IMG/VR virus record: IMGVR_UViG_3300046744_000223
Coordinates: 1 to 64,000 of that record
Length of the DNA: 64,000 nucleotides
Source: a virus
Direction: 5' to 3' (one strand)
Made by a program: the position numbers and the translations under genes
Notes under the pieces: model-generated
What the model saw: the letters and a program-made list of their open reading frames with translations, nothing else
Told to the model about the DNA's origin: nothing
Database searches by the model: none
In this document: piece by piece, positions 10,701 to 19,380 of the stretch
How positions within the stretch are numbered: the stretch's first letter is position 1
Layout: each line of letters opens with the position of its first letter

Positions 10701-12946
10701 CTATTTTGTTGGAATCTAACATATCCACTTGGTACACTATTAACTTCCCACATTTGAGATACAGCTGAAGTAAATGTTATATCACCTGAAGCGTATCCAT
10801 TTGAATTGGTTGTTAAATTTTTTCCAGTCAATGCACCTTCGTGGACATAGTAAGTACCACCATTTACACCAATACTTGAAGCAGCATCGTCTGCGATTGG
10901 AATTGTAATCAATGCACTTGCAGAATCTATGTTATAAGCATCTCCGACATTTACTCTATACACATACCTATTTGCGATATCTGAGTTTAAGAGTACTGAA
11001 GACTTACGAGAAACAGCCCCTGCGATGTTCATTTCGAATGGGTCTGAGTTAGGGTCGGTTAGTGATGTACCCCCAAGAGATGACGTGATATTTGGATTTG
11101 AAATGTCACTTCCAGAATGGGCCGATACCAATGTAAAGTCCTTATACAATATTGTATTAGCAGGATTACTATTATCAGTAGCAGTAATACTACCAACAGA
11201 AGTACCATCCGATGAGTTTTCGTTTAAACCTGATAACGATTGATTTTGTATTCCTGGACCTAAGTTATCAACTACCTCTACTCTGAATGGTAGGTGTGTT
11301 ATATTTGCGACATCGTAACCTAATTCGTAATTTGCATCTGATGCAGTGATTATAAATGAGTATGACGTTAAACTCTCGTAATCTAAAGAACTTGTTACTT
11401 GAACAAGGTCTATATATTTTGATACTCCAGTCGTACCAATTGTAAATGAGAAGTGGTCAGTTCCTAAACTACCTGTTCTAATTGTTAGTGTATCACTATC
11501 GGTATCAGTAACATAGACTCTATATTGAGACTTAGTTTCAGCAGATGATGATTCATCTAAAGATGCGGTAAATGCCGTAATTGTATTTCCACTTACACCA
11601 TCAATTCTAAAAGATGGTGCTGAGTTTGGGGTTACACGAATGTATATAGTTTTTTCAACTACATTATTTTGACCATCGGTTACTTTAATTAAGAATGGGT
11701 GTGAACCTGATCCTGGAGTATTATCAGTATTCATAGCTCTACTCGAAGAAACCGTAGCTCTAACTACACCAGTAGTAGATACCTCAAAGAAGTTATCACT
11801 ATACGAGTCTTGAACTGCCCACGTTTGTGTATCACCCGGAGTAACATCGGTTGCTATAAGTTGACCAATAAATGCACTACTGCCAGTAAATTCAGGAATT
11901 GTAAATCCATGTGACGTAATTACAGGTGGGTCACCAAATGAACCACCACCGCCACCACCACTACCAAAGCCACTCGATGCAGCGGATGCTGATACAGCAG
12001 TTCTAAAGAACACAGATGCTGTGTCTAAGAATACAGTAGCGTCACCAGTATTAGCACCACCACCAATTCCATCACCTGCAATAACTGATGTGATATCACC
12101 AGAACCACCACCGGCTCCAAATCCACTTGCAGCAGCAGATGCTGAAATGTATGTATCGTCTATGATTGCTTGTACTTGTGCGGATGAGGATATATTACCA
12201 CTTGCGTTAGCTAACTCTACCCAATTACCACCATGAGCGAAATATGCTTTACCAGTTGCATGAACGTGAGCAAACATACCATGGTAACTTGCAGCATTTG
12301 GTAAGTCAGATAATTGAGAATAAACATTCCCAAAGAGGACTTTATTACCACCCATGTCTAAATCAGCTGATGTGATTTGAGTTGAACTACTAATTAATCC
12401 ACTTGGTACATTTGTTAGTTGTGTAAAATCAGATGTGCCACCACCAGCACCAAACCCACTTTCAACAGCAGAACGAGATACTTCGGTATCAAAGTTTGTG
12501 ATACTTGATGTATCAATCGAACCTGTAAATGAAGTTGCGGTAATAGAGCCAGTTACATCTAAATCTGCACTTACTTTGTATTTACCACCCACAGTAGTCC
12601 ATATGGATGAACCACCTCCACCACCTCCACCGGAAAGTGAGGATAAGTCAACTGTATTACCTTCGGTAATTGTTAACTCATTACTTGCTTGATTAAACGA
12701 AAGAGTTTGAGAATCAGAACCAGTATCATCGGTTAAATTTTCCAATGTATTAATTCTGCTATCGAATGATGCCGAATCATTTGGATATGTTACTTCTCTA
12801 AACCTATTATTAGCGGTTATAGCATTTTTTTGAAATGCTGAAATAGTAGTAGGTTTATTAGTTATTTGTGTATAGCTAACCTGGCTGGATGCTGAAATAA
12901 CTCCATAAAATGAACCACTAAATGAACCTGTGTAGTCAAATGACAT
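7751..12946 (-). CDS. Large virion adhesin/fibre with cadherin/Ig-like repeats
   Basis: 1731 aa with NxAP...TDxEGDxL cadherin-like motifs, about 211-aa tandem units, and a YHGMFAHVHATGKAYFAH motif I recognise from T4-like phage structural proteins. Confidence 0.7.
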   Translation of the reverse strand: MSFDYTGSFSGSFYGVISASSQVSYTQITNKPTTISAFQKNAITANNRFREVTYPNDSASFDSRINTLENLTDDTGSDSQTLSFNQASNELTITEGNTVDLSSLSGGGGGGGSSIWTTVGGKYKVSADLDVTGSITATSFTGSIDTSSITNFDTEVSRSAVESGFGAGGGTSDFTQLTNVPSGLISSSTQITSADLDMGGNKVLFGNVYSQLSDLPNAASYHGMFAHVHATGKAYFAHGGNWVELANASGNISSSAQVQAIIDDTYISASAAASGFGAGGGSGDITSVIAGDGIGGGANTGDATVFLDTASVFFRTAVSASAASSGFGSGGGGGGSFGDPPVITSHGFTIPEFTGSSAFIGQLIATDVTPGDTQTWAVQDSYSDNFFEVSTTGVVRATVSSSRAMNTDNTPGSGSHPFLIKVTDGQNNVVEKTIYIRVTPNSAPSFRIDGVSGNTITAFTASLDESSSAETKSQYRVYVTDTDSDTLTIRTGSLGTDHFSFTIGTTGVSKYIDLVQVTSSLDYESLTSYSFIITASDANYELGYDVANITHLPFRVEVVDNLGPGIQNQSLSGLNENSSDGTSVGSITATDNSNPANTILYKDFTLVSAHSGSDISNPNITSSLGGTSLTDPNSDPFEMNIAGAVSRKSSVLLNSDIANRYVYRVNVGDAYNIDSASALITIPIADDAASSIGVNGGTYYVHEGALTGKNLTTNSNGYASGDITFTSAVSQMWEVNSVPSGYVRFQQNSATSYTGSSVTLEVDTAISGNLHFADSDTVAIQITASETSFETTKQYRDHTLTITDNQPYSIVFTDTSANLNTNGARPSNILSVISFTEPQFGIGDTIDHSEFSFTDPSGQLTASRNSDAYEVSALTNLSGSTTYEFTASIADSYGNISTSGSSFTIVEAGLGTPGANGVFYVIESAETGDNVVTNSNGRTGTQAKLSVTYSPQYNSAAVASFTSSNAQLSVASNGNVSVGTNISGSGDDYPGTISSNITYRDQFDNIGSGSVSITLTINNAPTAAELTSTNRNTNQATNGNLLSTIKWTDTEGDALNVSSFTLTGTGASNLSSSYDGSNNFGLYADGNQSAGDISFTASIKDEHGFRTGVYKDDITIAQADNGTLTSPGNLFIIESATNGDGITNTTTGIGTAKTLSVTYSPSYGSPVAQNFTSDNPFISVGSSTGVLTVGNNISGSSNVDGSTITSTIGWSDQYGNPNSQPITISVTPNNAPSVTSDTQTTANLNTNLAIDDALLTTLTWGDIESDSLNINTFNLSGTNASSLSSSYIGGNSFEIRANGTLAAGTYNYNANVKDVHGFNQGVYSDAITISQAGGGSLTVSSFNIIESALSGSNITTDTDGIGSAAQLSVNYSPDYGGQSEQNFATVSSLVHVTSTGILTIEDNVSGSYVNGANFTAPITWVDQYGNAGAETITIEVRNNVNPSVTFASNETVNAPVSAGTKLGSFTISDTENDTPFSASISGRDASKVALDSQNVNSSSYFINAADNSVTSQADLHYMVSVNDAYGEDFVNTPRTSSIGAVPAASPIVYIYDIGLSSTNYNNTLGYSAATNAVPSTLSTATVYSGFGFADIIQSSLGGTSLSYSFGSSYTATLLNSKSMSDLYDISESFGRMNKNSGHRVAIIIPSGSSMSNVPTIMGDGYNSNGYSNLEVAVDNADIGSGLGTTEQSYIHKITLDSAVNGFDDYIIISTVNPVAGSSNILLDIRPDNSTP

Positions 12947-13005
12947 ATAAATCTCCGATAATTATCCGTTTCCTCAATATATAAATAGTAACAAATTGAT
13001 TAGAA

Positions 13006-13668
13006 CTATTGAATAGAGTATAATAATCTTAAAACCTCATCTAACGATTCGTGTCTATGATTATCTTTCAAGGTAACAGTGTGTACAAATGTAGATTCTT
13101 TTAGTTTTGGTACATCATGAATAGCAGAGTCGTTATTGAATTTTAAATCAATTTGCTGACCATCTCCACATAATATCATTCGAGAGTTTTTACCCAATCT
13201 ACCTAATACCATACCAAGTTGTTGTTTGGTTAAGTTTTGAAACTCATCTACTATAACAATTGAGTTGTCAAATGTTCTACCTCTAAAGTGTGATAGTGAT
13301 ACCAACTCAATACTCTCATCCTTTTCCATCTTTTCTAAAATGGCTGGTTTGTTATACACCTTTCTCATATTGGAACGAATTGGTACTAACCAAGGTTCCA
13401 TCTTTTCTTCGAGTGAACCTGGTAGAAATCCATTATCCTCGTTAGAAACAGTTGGTCGTGTTATTACTATCTTATTTACTTCCCGTTTAAAGAACGAATC
13501 TAAAGCTATTTGAACTGCGACTAATGTTTTACCACTACCAGCCTTTCCTAAAACAAAACTAAATGGGTGTTTTCTAATCTCAGATTTTGTTAACTTTTGT
13601 TCGTCTGATAACGTTATTGAAAATTTTATATTCCCCTTCGGAACTCTCTTTTCTGTATTCTCTGGCAT
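13006..13668 (-). CDS. phoH: PhoH-like ATPase
   Basis: GKAGSGKT Walker A, ITRP, GFLPG, RGRTF, IVDEFQN, GDGQQID. Confidence 0.95.
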   Translation of the reverse strand: MPENTEKRVPKGNIKFSITLSDEQKLTKSEIRKHPFSFVLGKAGSGKTLVAVQIALDSFFKREVNKIVITRPTVSNEDNGFLPGSLEEKMEPWLVPIRSNMRKVYNKPAILEKMEKDESIELVSLSHFRGRTFDNSIVIVDEFQNLTKQQLGMVLGRLGKNSRMILCGDGQQIDLKFNNDSAIHDVPKLKESTFVHTVTLKDNHRHESLDEVLRLLYSIQ

Positions 13669-13725
13669 ACTCGATGTCCTTTACTAATATAACAATTACT
13701 TTAGTATAAGTATGACTTGGGCAAT

Positions 13726-13750
13726 AAAAAAGGGGGACCGAAGTCCCCCT
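13726..13750 (-). terminator. Rho-independent terminator after major capsid gene
   Basis: Minus strand AGGGGGAC-TTCG-GTCCCCCT-TTTTT (UUCG tetraloop). Confidence 0.92.
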
Positions 13751-13779
13751 TAATTTGGTTTTAATTTAAAAACGTACTA

Positions 13780-15378
13780 CTATGCGAGTGTTTCTAAACC
13801 ATTAACGTATACCTTACCGTAGAACTCACCTCTTACCATTTGCTTAGCGTAACGTGTCATTACACCTTTTCTTGGAGTGAAGTTTGTTGGGTCATATACC
13901 AACGGAGTCATGATTAATGGAATGTATGGAGCGTAAACTGCGCCAGTTTCCAAGAATTGAGCACCCTTGAAGCCCATCAATACGACATTAGATGTCAAAT
14001 ATGGGTTTTTGTATACTTGGTAACGATTCGCGAATGAACCTACTTGAGATACACCCATTGCGAATTGCATATCAGCACCAGTACCATTAGCAGCAAATCC
14101 TGGGATTGATTCCAAGATAGTTGCAACGTCAGGAGAAACTACCATAAAGTTAGCTCCACCTCTCATGGTCTTAGCATGAATTTGGTTAGATACTCTCTGA
14201 AGAACAGTACCAAGAGTTTGGAACCATTGTTGTTGAGTGTAACGTTGTACGTCATTTGCTGCAGGTGCAGTAAATGCTGAACCATTCCATGAAGAACCTA
14301 CTTTAGCAGACCAGTGACCTTCAGTCAATGCGTTTTCCATCAACATATCTAAGATTTCGAGGTCGATTTCTTGAGATACGTATTCAGACAACATTGAAGT
14401 CAATTCAGCTTCAGCATCAATACTATGGTAAGCGTTCAAATCTTGAGCGAATTCCGGCGTCCATTGTGCTTTCAACTTACGAGTCTTAGCAACGATTGGC
14501 ACAGAGCGTAGCTCTACGTTCAATTCTGGAATACCTATGTCAGCACCAGTTGTGTCTTCGAAGTCACCACGAGTGATGTCAGTTGGTTGTTTCTGATATT
14601 TAACAGTTACATTACCAAAGTCAGTATCACGAGCAACGAATACGATGTTTTCACCAGCTAAACGAGTGTACTCAGCGTAGTACTCGTCAACACCTTCAAG
14701 TGAGAATGCACGTGCACCTTCACTATCGAAGTTTGCGATAGACGCAGTTTGAATAGCAACAGTTACGAGGTCAGCATCGTGAACAGCCCATACTGATTGA
14801 GAGAATGCTGAATCATAGTTGATATCAGACATACCCAAAGATGCAGTAGCGTAAGCGTTTGCACCAACTGAAGTAGCTAATGCTTGAGCAGCAGACTCAT
14901 CTTCATTGATAGAGTATCCGAAACGACCTGCACCATAAAGACCTTCAGAAACATCACCAGCAACTTCGGTAACACCGAATACTGAGTCAGTTTGTGAATT
15001 TTTACCAGCACCAGTTTCGAAACCTGGCTGAGCAGTACCATACTTGAAGTCAAGATAGAATACAAGACCTGAAGGTAGGTTCATTGGTTGTACTGAGACG
15101 AATTCTTTTGCAGCGATTTCGCTGAAGATACGTCTTACTAATGGAAGAGCGACACCGGCCCACTCTTCAGAGTTTGCAGCAGTACCTGTGCTTGATGCTT
15201 CAGATACTAATTGCTTTGCTTGGTTTTCCAACAATGTAGCAATACTTGCTCTTTCGAAGTCAGCGTCAACGCCTTCCAAAAGACCAGTTTTTTCCCACTT
15301 GGCTACAAGGCCTTTAGCCTCTTCGCTCATTTTTTTGTTGAAACCAGCAGATTCGTTTAATAGAGAATTTGTGTTCAT
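13780..15378 (-). CDS. Major capsid protein (T4 gp23-like)
   Basis: VQPMNLPSGLVFYL, AKTRKLKAQWTPEFAQDLNAYH, YAPYIPL, FTPRKGVMTRY. Confidence 0.97.
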   Translation of the reverse strand: MNTNSLLNESAGFNKKMSEEAKGLVAKWEKTGLLEGVDADFERASIATLLENQAKQLVSEASSTGTAANSEEWAGVALPLVRRIFSEIAAKEFVSVQPMNLPSGLVFYLDFKYGTAQPGFETGAGKNSQTDSVFGVTEVAGDVSEGLYGAGRFGYSINEDESAAQALATSVGANAYATASLGMSDINYDSAFSQSVWAVHDADLVTVAIQTASIANFDSEGARAFSLEGVDEYYAEYTRLAGENIVFVARDTDFGNVTVKYQKQPTDITRGDFEDTTGADIGIPELNVELRSVPIVAKTRKLKAQWTPEFAQDLNAYHSIDAEAELTSMLSEYVSQEIDLEILDMLMENALTEGHWSAKVGSSWNGSAFTAPAANDVQRYTQQQWFQTLGTVLQRVSNQIHAKTMRGGANFMVVSPDVATILESIPGFAANGTGADMQFAMGVSQVGSFANRYQVYKNPYLTSNVVLMGFKGAQFLETGAVYAPYIPLIMTPLVYDPTNFTPRKGVMTRYAKQMVRGEFYGKVYVNGLETLA

Positions 15379-15408
15379 CTTATTAATCCTTTTCTTTTAG
15401 TTTTTTAA

Positions 15409-16449
15409 TTATTTAATTAAACCAGCAAGCTTCTTAAATCTATCAGCAACAGCATTACCTTCAGAAATGATTTCTTTCTTAGGTGCAGTCGATGCCATAG
15501 GCTTAGACGCTAGTGATTCTTTTACAACTGTTTTTGGTTTTCTTGCAACATTCAAGTTTTCACCCAATGTAGCGAATACCAATTTTACTTCTCTCAAAGA
15601 TTCAGCTCTATCGAAGTTTTCGATGACTTTCATCTTCTGACCTTCGTTCAAGTCGAATGTTCTGAACAACTTGTTAGTGTAAAGAAGTTTAGCATTCAAT
15701 AAGTTTACCTCATTGATAGTACCTCTCAACGACTCGATAGTAGCATATGCTTCTTCCAATTCCGTTGATTCTTCTACTTCTTCAACTTCTTCCGATTCGT
15801 AAGTTTCTTCAACTTCTTCTTCTTCAGACATTTCTTTCAAAGTAGAAATGATTTCTTCCAAAGAAAGTTCTTCGTCAAGTTCTTCCGACTCTTCAACTTC
15901 TTCTTCTGATTCCATTACTTCTTCAACTTTTTCAGTTTCTTCAACTTCTTCTTCGTCTAAATCTTCACCTTCCATAGCAGCTTCAAGTTCAGCGATTACT
16001 GATTCAAGGTCGAGTTCATCTTCTTCCTCTTCATCCATCATCTCTTCTACTTCATCTTCTACTTCAGCTTCGTCTTCAGCTTCTTCGTCAGCTTCTTCTT
16101 CAGCTTCTTCTTCAGAATGCATTTCCTCTTCGTGAGAATCGATTTCGTCAGAAGCGATATCAGCTACCTCTTCTTCTTCATCTGATTCTAACTCTTCTTC
16201 CATTTCTTCCTCTTCAGAAACTTCATCTTCCATTTCAGAAACTTCGTCATCCGTTTCGGATTTCATCATTTCTTCCATTTCTTCTTCAACTTCTTCTTCT
16301 TCATCTAACTCTTCAGCTAGTTTATGAGAAAGCATAGATTGGAGTTTTGGAGTAAATGCCTCTTCGAGAGCCATTTTTGCGTTTGCTAATGCAGTTTCTT
16401 TTACGGCTTTAGCATCGGCGATTGCTTCTTTTAACAAATCTGATTTCAT
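15409..16449 (-). CDS. Prohead core/scaffold protein (gp22-like role)
   Basis: Extremely Glu-rich coiled coil immediately upstream of the capsid gene, strong AGGAGGT SD, ends in RFKKLAGL. Confidence 0.8.
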   Translation of the reverse strand: MKSDLLKEAIADAKAVKETALANAKMALEEAFTPKLQSMLSHKLAEELDEEEEVEEEMEEMMKSETDDEVSEMEDEVSEEEEMEEELESDEEEEVADIASDEIDSHEEEMHSEEEAEEEADEEAEDEAEVEDEVEEMMDEEEEDELDLESVIAELEAAMEGEDLDEEEVEETEKVEEVMESEEEVEESEELDEELSLEEIISTLKEMSEEEEVEETYESEEVEEVEESTELEEAYATIESLRGTINEVNLLNAKLLYTNKLFRTFDLNEGQKMKVIENFDRAESLREVKLVFATLGENLNVARKPKTVVKESLASKPMASTAPKKEIISEGNAVADRFKKLAGLIK

Positions 16450-16600
16450 TTGTTACCTCCTAAATTAAACTTTTGGATAATAAGATTATTTTAAATCTTA
16501 ATAGAATATAATAATATAATATGAATCACTCATTAGATTGGAGTGATATTAATTTACAATAAGTATGTAAATTTTACAATAAACGATAAAGTGTTTACTA

Positions 16601-16858
16601 TTATCTTGCTTCTTGTTGTCTACGGACCCAATCAGCTCGTCTAGCATCATTCATTTGTTTACGTTTACGTGTAGTCGGTTTAGTGTATTCCCTATTTTGC
16701 TTGATAAGGTCAATTACACCATTATCTTTCATAATACGTTTCCACTTTCTAAGTGCTGCTTCAATGTTATTATTAATAACCTTTACACCATTAGCATGAC
16801 CATATAGGAATAACTCCTCACGTTCTTTTCTTACTTTTTTTTCTCGTTTGTATGACAT
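16601..16858 (-). CDS. rpsU: Phage-encoded ribosomal protein bS21
   Basis: VKVINNNIEAALRKWKR...IKQNREYTKPTTRKRKQ matches the S21 pattern, with an N-terminal extension of about 20 aa. Confidence 0.88.
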   Translation of the reverse strand: MSYKREKKVRKEREELFLYGHANGVKVINNNIEAALRKWKRIMKDNGVIDLIKQNREYTKPTTRKRKQMNDARRADWVRRQQEAR

Positions 16859-16876
16859 ATATTTTATTTAATAAAC

Positions 16877-16907
16877 AAAAAACACCCATCGAACTAACGA
16901 TAGGTGT
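16877..16907 (-). terminator. Terminator-like hairpin directly upstream of bS21
   Basis: Minus strand ACACCTATCG-TTAGTT-CGATGGGTGT-TTTTT. Confidence 0.65.
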
Positions 16908-16932
16908 CTATAAATAGTGTTTGTAAAGTTAA

Positions 16933-17091
16933 TTAAGACATTTTATCTAAACCATCTTTAAAATCAGATATAAGATTTCCAAATTCTTTTTGTTTATCGG
17001 CTGGTAACCTCTTAATCTTTTTAAGGTTCTTTTTGATAAATGATGAAAAATCAACACTTATTTCTTGAAGTCGTTCTAAATCACGATTCAT
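16933..17091 (-). CDS. Small hypothetical protein (52 aa, not in ORF track)
   Basis: MNRDLERLQEISVDFSSFIKKNLKKIKRLPADKQKEFGNLISDFKDGLDKMS, with TAATG coupling to the upstream gene. Confidence 0.7.
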   Translation of the reverse strand: MNRDLERLQEISVDFSSFIKKNLKKIKRLPADKQKEFGNLISDFKDGLDKMS

Positions 17092-18068
17092 TATTTCTTA
17101 ACCTTACCTTTTTTGATATCTCTTTCAAGTTCTTCTGCAGCTCTTAATACATCTACAACTGATATATTAATTGGTACTTGACGATATTTTGATATTTTAC
17201 GAACTGCCAACATCACAATTCTTTTTTCTTCGCTAGAAGCACCTTCTCCAATAATATCTTCGGTTACTGATTCAAAGTAAAGGTCAGACATCTTATCTTG
17301 AAGTTTAGGGTTTTTAAAATCAAACTGATACTTTTCCATTGCTCTTCTGGCTTTCAATGCCGATTTAGCAGCAACTACAAAGTATCCTTTTTTAGAACCA
17401 CCTAATTTCTTTTGTAGTTTATTTGCTTGGTCTTTAGTACCAATACCCTTTTGGTTTCCCTTTGGGTCTATTATTGAGTATTTGTTTTCACTTAGTATAT
17501 CAGTTAGTTTCATTGACGATTCTTCATTTACAGATTCTTTAGCGAATTCTTTAGCGTTTTCCTTGTCGTCCTTATCAACGTCTTTTACTGGAAATTCTTT
17601 ACCATCTACTTCGAACTCATCATCACCATTAGCAATTGCTTTCGCTCTTGCAGCGCCGAATTCGTTACCTTCTTTGATTTCGTAATACTTACCAAGAACT
17701 TCGCCCATCTCATCGTAACAAGACTCAAGTCTTTGTTGTAGGGTATTTACTTCTTTGATTGTATTAGTAAATACTTTGAATGACTCATTCATAGACTTCA
17801 TGTGTCTACCAACAGTTACCTTGTCAAACCAATCTCCAGTTTCCTCAAGAGTTACCTTGTGTGCAGTCTCTACAATACCTTTAATAGATTCGTATACTTC
17901 TGCCAAATTACCTGAACGGTAGATTGACTCACCGAATTTCTTGTATTCAGAAACAGCTTTAAGGAATTCACGCTTTTCTTCGTTAGTCATTCCCTTTTGG
18001 GTTTCTTCATCGTTTATCTTCATACGTTTGTATGTAGATTCGTTTAGTAGTTCTTTTAAATTTTTCAT
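17091..18068 (-). CDS. Probable internal head protein (modular)
   Basis: MKNLKELLNE leader, ESVNE/ESVTE linkers, next to the prohead protease. Confidence 0.55.
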   Translation of the reverse strand: MKNLKELLNESTYKRMKINDEETQKGMTNEEKREFLKAVSEYKKFGESIYRSGNLAEVYESIKGIVETAHKVTLEETGDWFDKVTVGRHMKSMNESFKVFTNTIKEVNTLQQRLESCYDEMGEVLGKYYEIKEGNEFGAARAKAIANGDDEFEVDGKEFPVKDVDKDDKENAKEFAKESVNEESSMKLTDILSENKYSIIDPKGNQKGIGTKDQANKLQKKLGGSKKGYFVVAAKSALKARRAMEKYQFDFKNPKLQDKMSDLYFESVTEDIIGEGASSEEKRIVMLAVRKISKYRQVPINISVVDVLRAAEELERDIKKGKVKK

Positions 18069-18706
18069 TATACTCCAAAATCACATTCACAATATCCACC
18101 AACCTCACACATGATGTCTCTCATCATATTGTTAGCTTTATTGTATTTATAAGTATTCTTTTTAACAGTAACCGATTCGTTTATCGTACCCTCGTTTGTT
18201 GGTGAAAGAAATGCTCCATGAGTTGATGGGTTAGAAACAAAGTCCCAACATATCAAATCAAAGTCTTGTTCTACTGCGACGGTGTCTTCACCAATTTGTT
18301 TTACGGAACCCATACCTCTTGACGAGATACCAACAGTACACCCAGCTTTTACTAATTCTTGTAAAATCTTTCCAGCTGGTGTATTTAGTATTTCAACTGT
18401 TCCAACAACATCATCACCATTCCATGATACTTCACGGATAATGTGTGATGTGTTCTTTAATTCGACTACACCACTTTCAGGATGGTCCAATTCACCATAA
18501 GCACGATTCTCTTTGATTTCACGTCCTTGGTATTTCTTTACTTCACGTTCTAAGATGTTACGTGGATACACTCTACCATTTTGGTTTTTAGCATCAGCAC
18601 GTTGTAACACACCATTTACTAAGAAACGACCAGTCTGGTCCTTTGCTTCTTGTAACATAGTAGGTGTTACTTCAAATATCATTGTATCTACAAGTAGTTG
18701 TTTCAT
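18068..18706 (-). CDS. Prohead core protease (T4 gp21-like; start revised to MKQLL)
   Basis: NQNGRVYP, GELDHP, SH, GISSRGMGS, DFVSNPS. Confidence 0.95.
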   Translation of the reverse strand: MKQLLVDTMIFEVTPTMLQEAKDQTGRFLVNGVLQRADAKNQNGRVYPRNILEREVKKYQGREIKENRAYGELDHPESGVVELKNTSHIIREVSWNGDDVVGTVEILNTPAGKILQELVKAGCTVGISSRGMGSVKQIGEDTVAVEQDFDLICWDFVSNPSTHGAFLSPTNEGTINESVTVKKNTYKYNKANNMMRDIMCEVGGYCECDFGV

Positions 18707-18707
18707 C

Positions 18708-18848
18708 TTAGTTTTCCCACACCTTTTTCTTACGATATAAATCAAAGAACACTCTTGCAAGTTCTCTACGTATCAATAGTCTGATATCTTCGAGGTCTTG
18801 TACTTCGAGGTCTTCGTTTAATTTATTTTTATTACACCCACACGACAT
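18708..18848 (-). CDS. Small hypothetical protein (46 aa, not in ORF track)
   Basis: MSCGCNKNKLNEDLEVQDLEDIRLLIRRELARVFFDLYRKKKVWEN fills the gap with 1-nt spacers on both sides. Confidence 0.7.
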   Translation of the reverse strand: MSCGCNKNKLNEDLEVQDLEDIRLLIRRELARVFFDLYRKKKVWEN

Positions 18849-18849
18849 A

Positions 18850-19380
18850 CTATGCGCTCAATTCTTTTAGATTACGAGCAACTTTCAACATTCTTTCTGA
18901 AATCTTACCGAATCTTTTTTGTGTAGACTTCCAATATTGTTCATTAGATACACCCATTTCGTTTTTCAACTTAGTGTTCTGATTTACAATCTTTTCAACT
19001 TCGTACATCATTCGATTAATCTCTTTGATAGATTTATTTACTTTTTGATGTGCTTTCATAGAGTCATCTTTTTTGTAATCTCTATAAGTAGCTTCGATTA
19101 TACGTTCTAGCTTATCTTCTAATTTCTTCATAGTTTTAGACTCCGTATTTATCTTTTTAGTTTTCTTTGGCTTCTTGTAACCAAGTACTTCTATGTGGTC
19201 AGTATCTAAATCATCCTCATCTTCACTTTTAGAAAAAGCGTTTGGAGTTTTAGGTGGGCCTGCTCCCCCATCCATATTAGATGTTACATTAGCCTCATCT
19301 ACCTCTTCCTCTTTAAGAGTTTCGATTGACTCCAGCTCTTCAAACTTACCTTCCAATTGTTCTAGTAAGAATTTAGACAT
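18850..19380 (-). CDS. Hypothetical head-module protein (start revised to MSKFLL)
   Basis: GGAGG upstream of ATG 19380. Contains GPPKTPNAF and a coiled-coil C-terminus. Confidence 0.65.
   Translation of the reverse strand: MSKFLLEQLEGKFEELESIETLKEEEVDEANVTSNMDGGAGPPKTPNAFSKSEDEDDLDTDHIEVLGYKKPKKTKKINTESKTMKKLEDKLERIIEATYRDYKKDDSMKAHQKVNKSIKEINRMMYEVEKIVNQNTKLKNEMGVSNEQYWKSTQKRFGKISERMLKVARNLKELSA

Noticed and set aside
13006-18852. Stop-codon reassignment as in some large phages
   Set aside because: TAG ends PhoH and the capsid gene at the expected C-termini, TGA is also used as a stop, and genes are full length and densely packed under the standard code.
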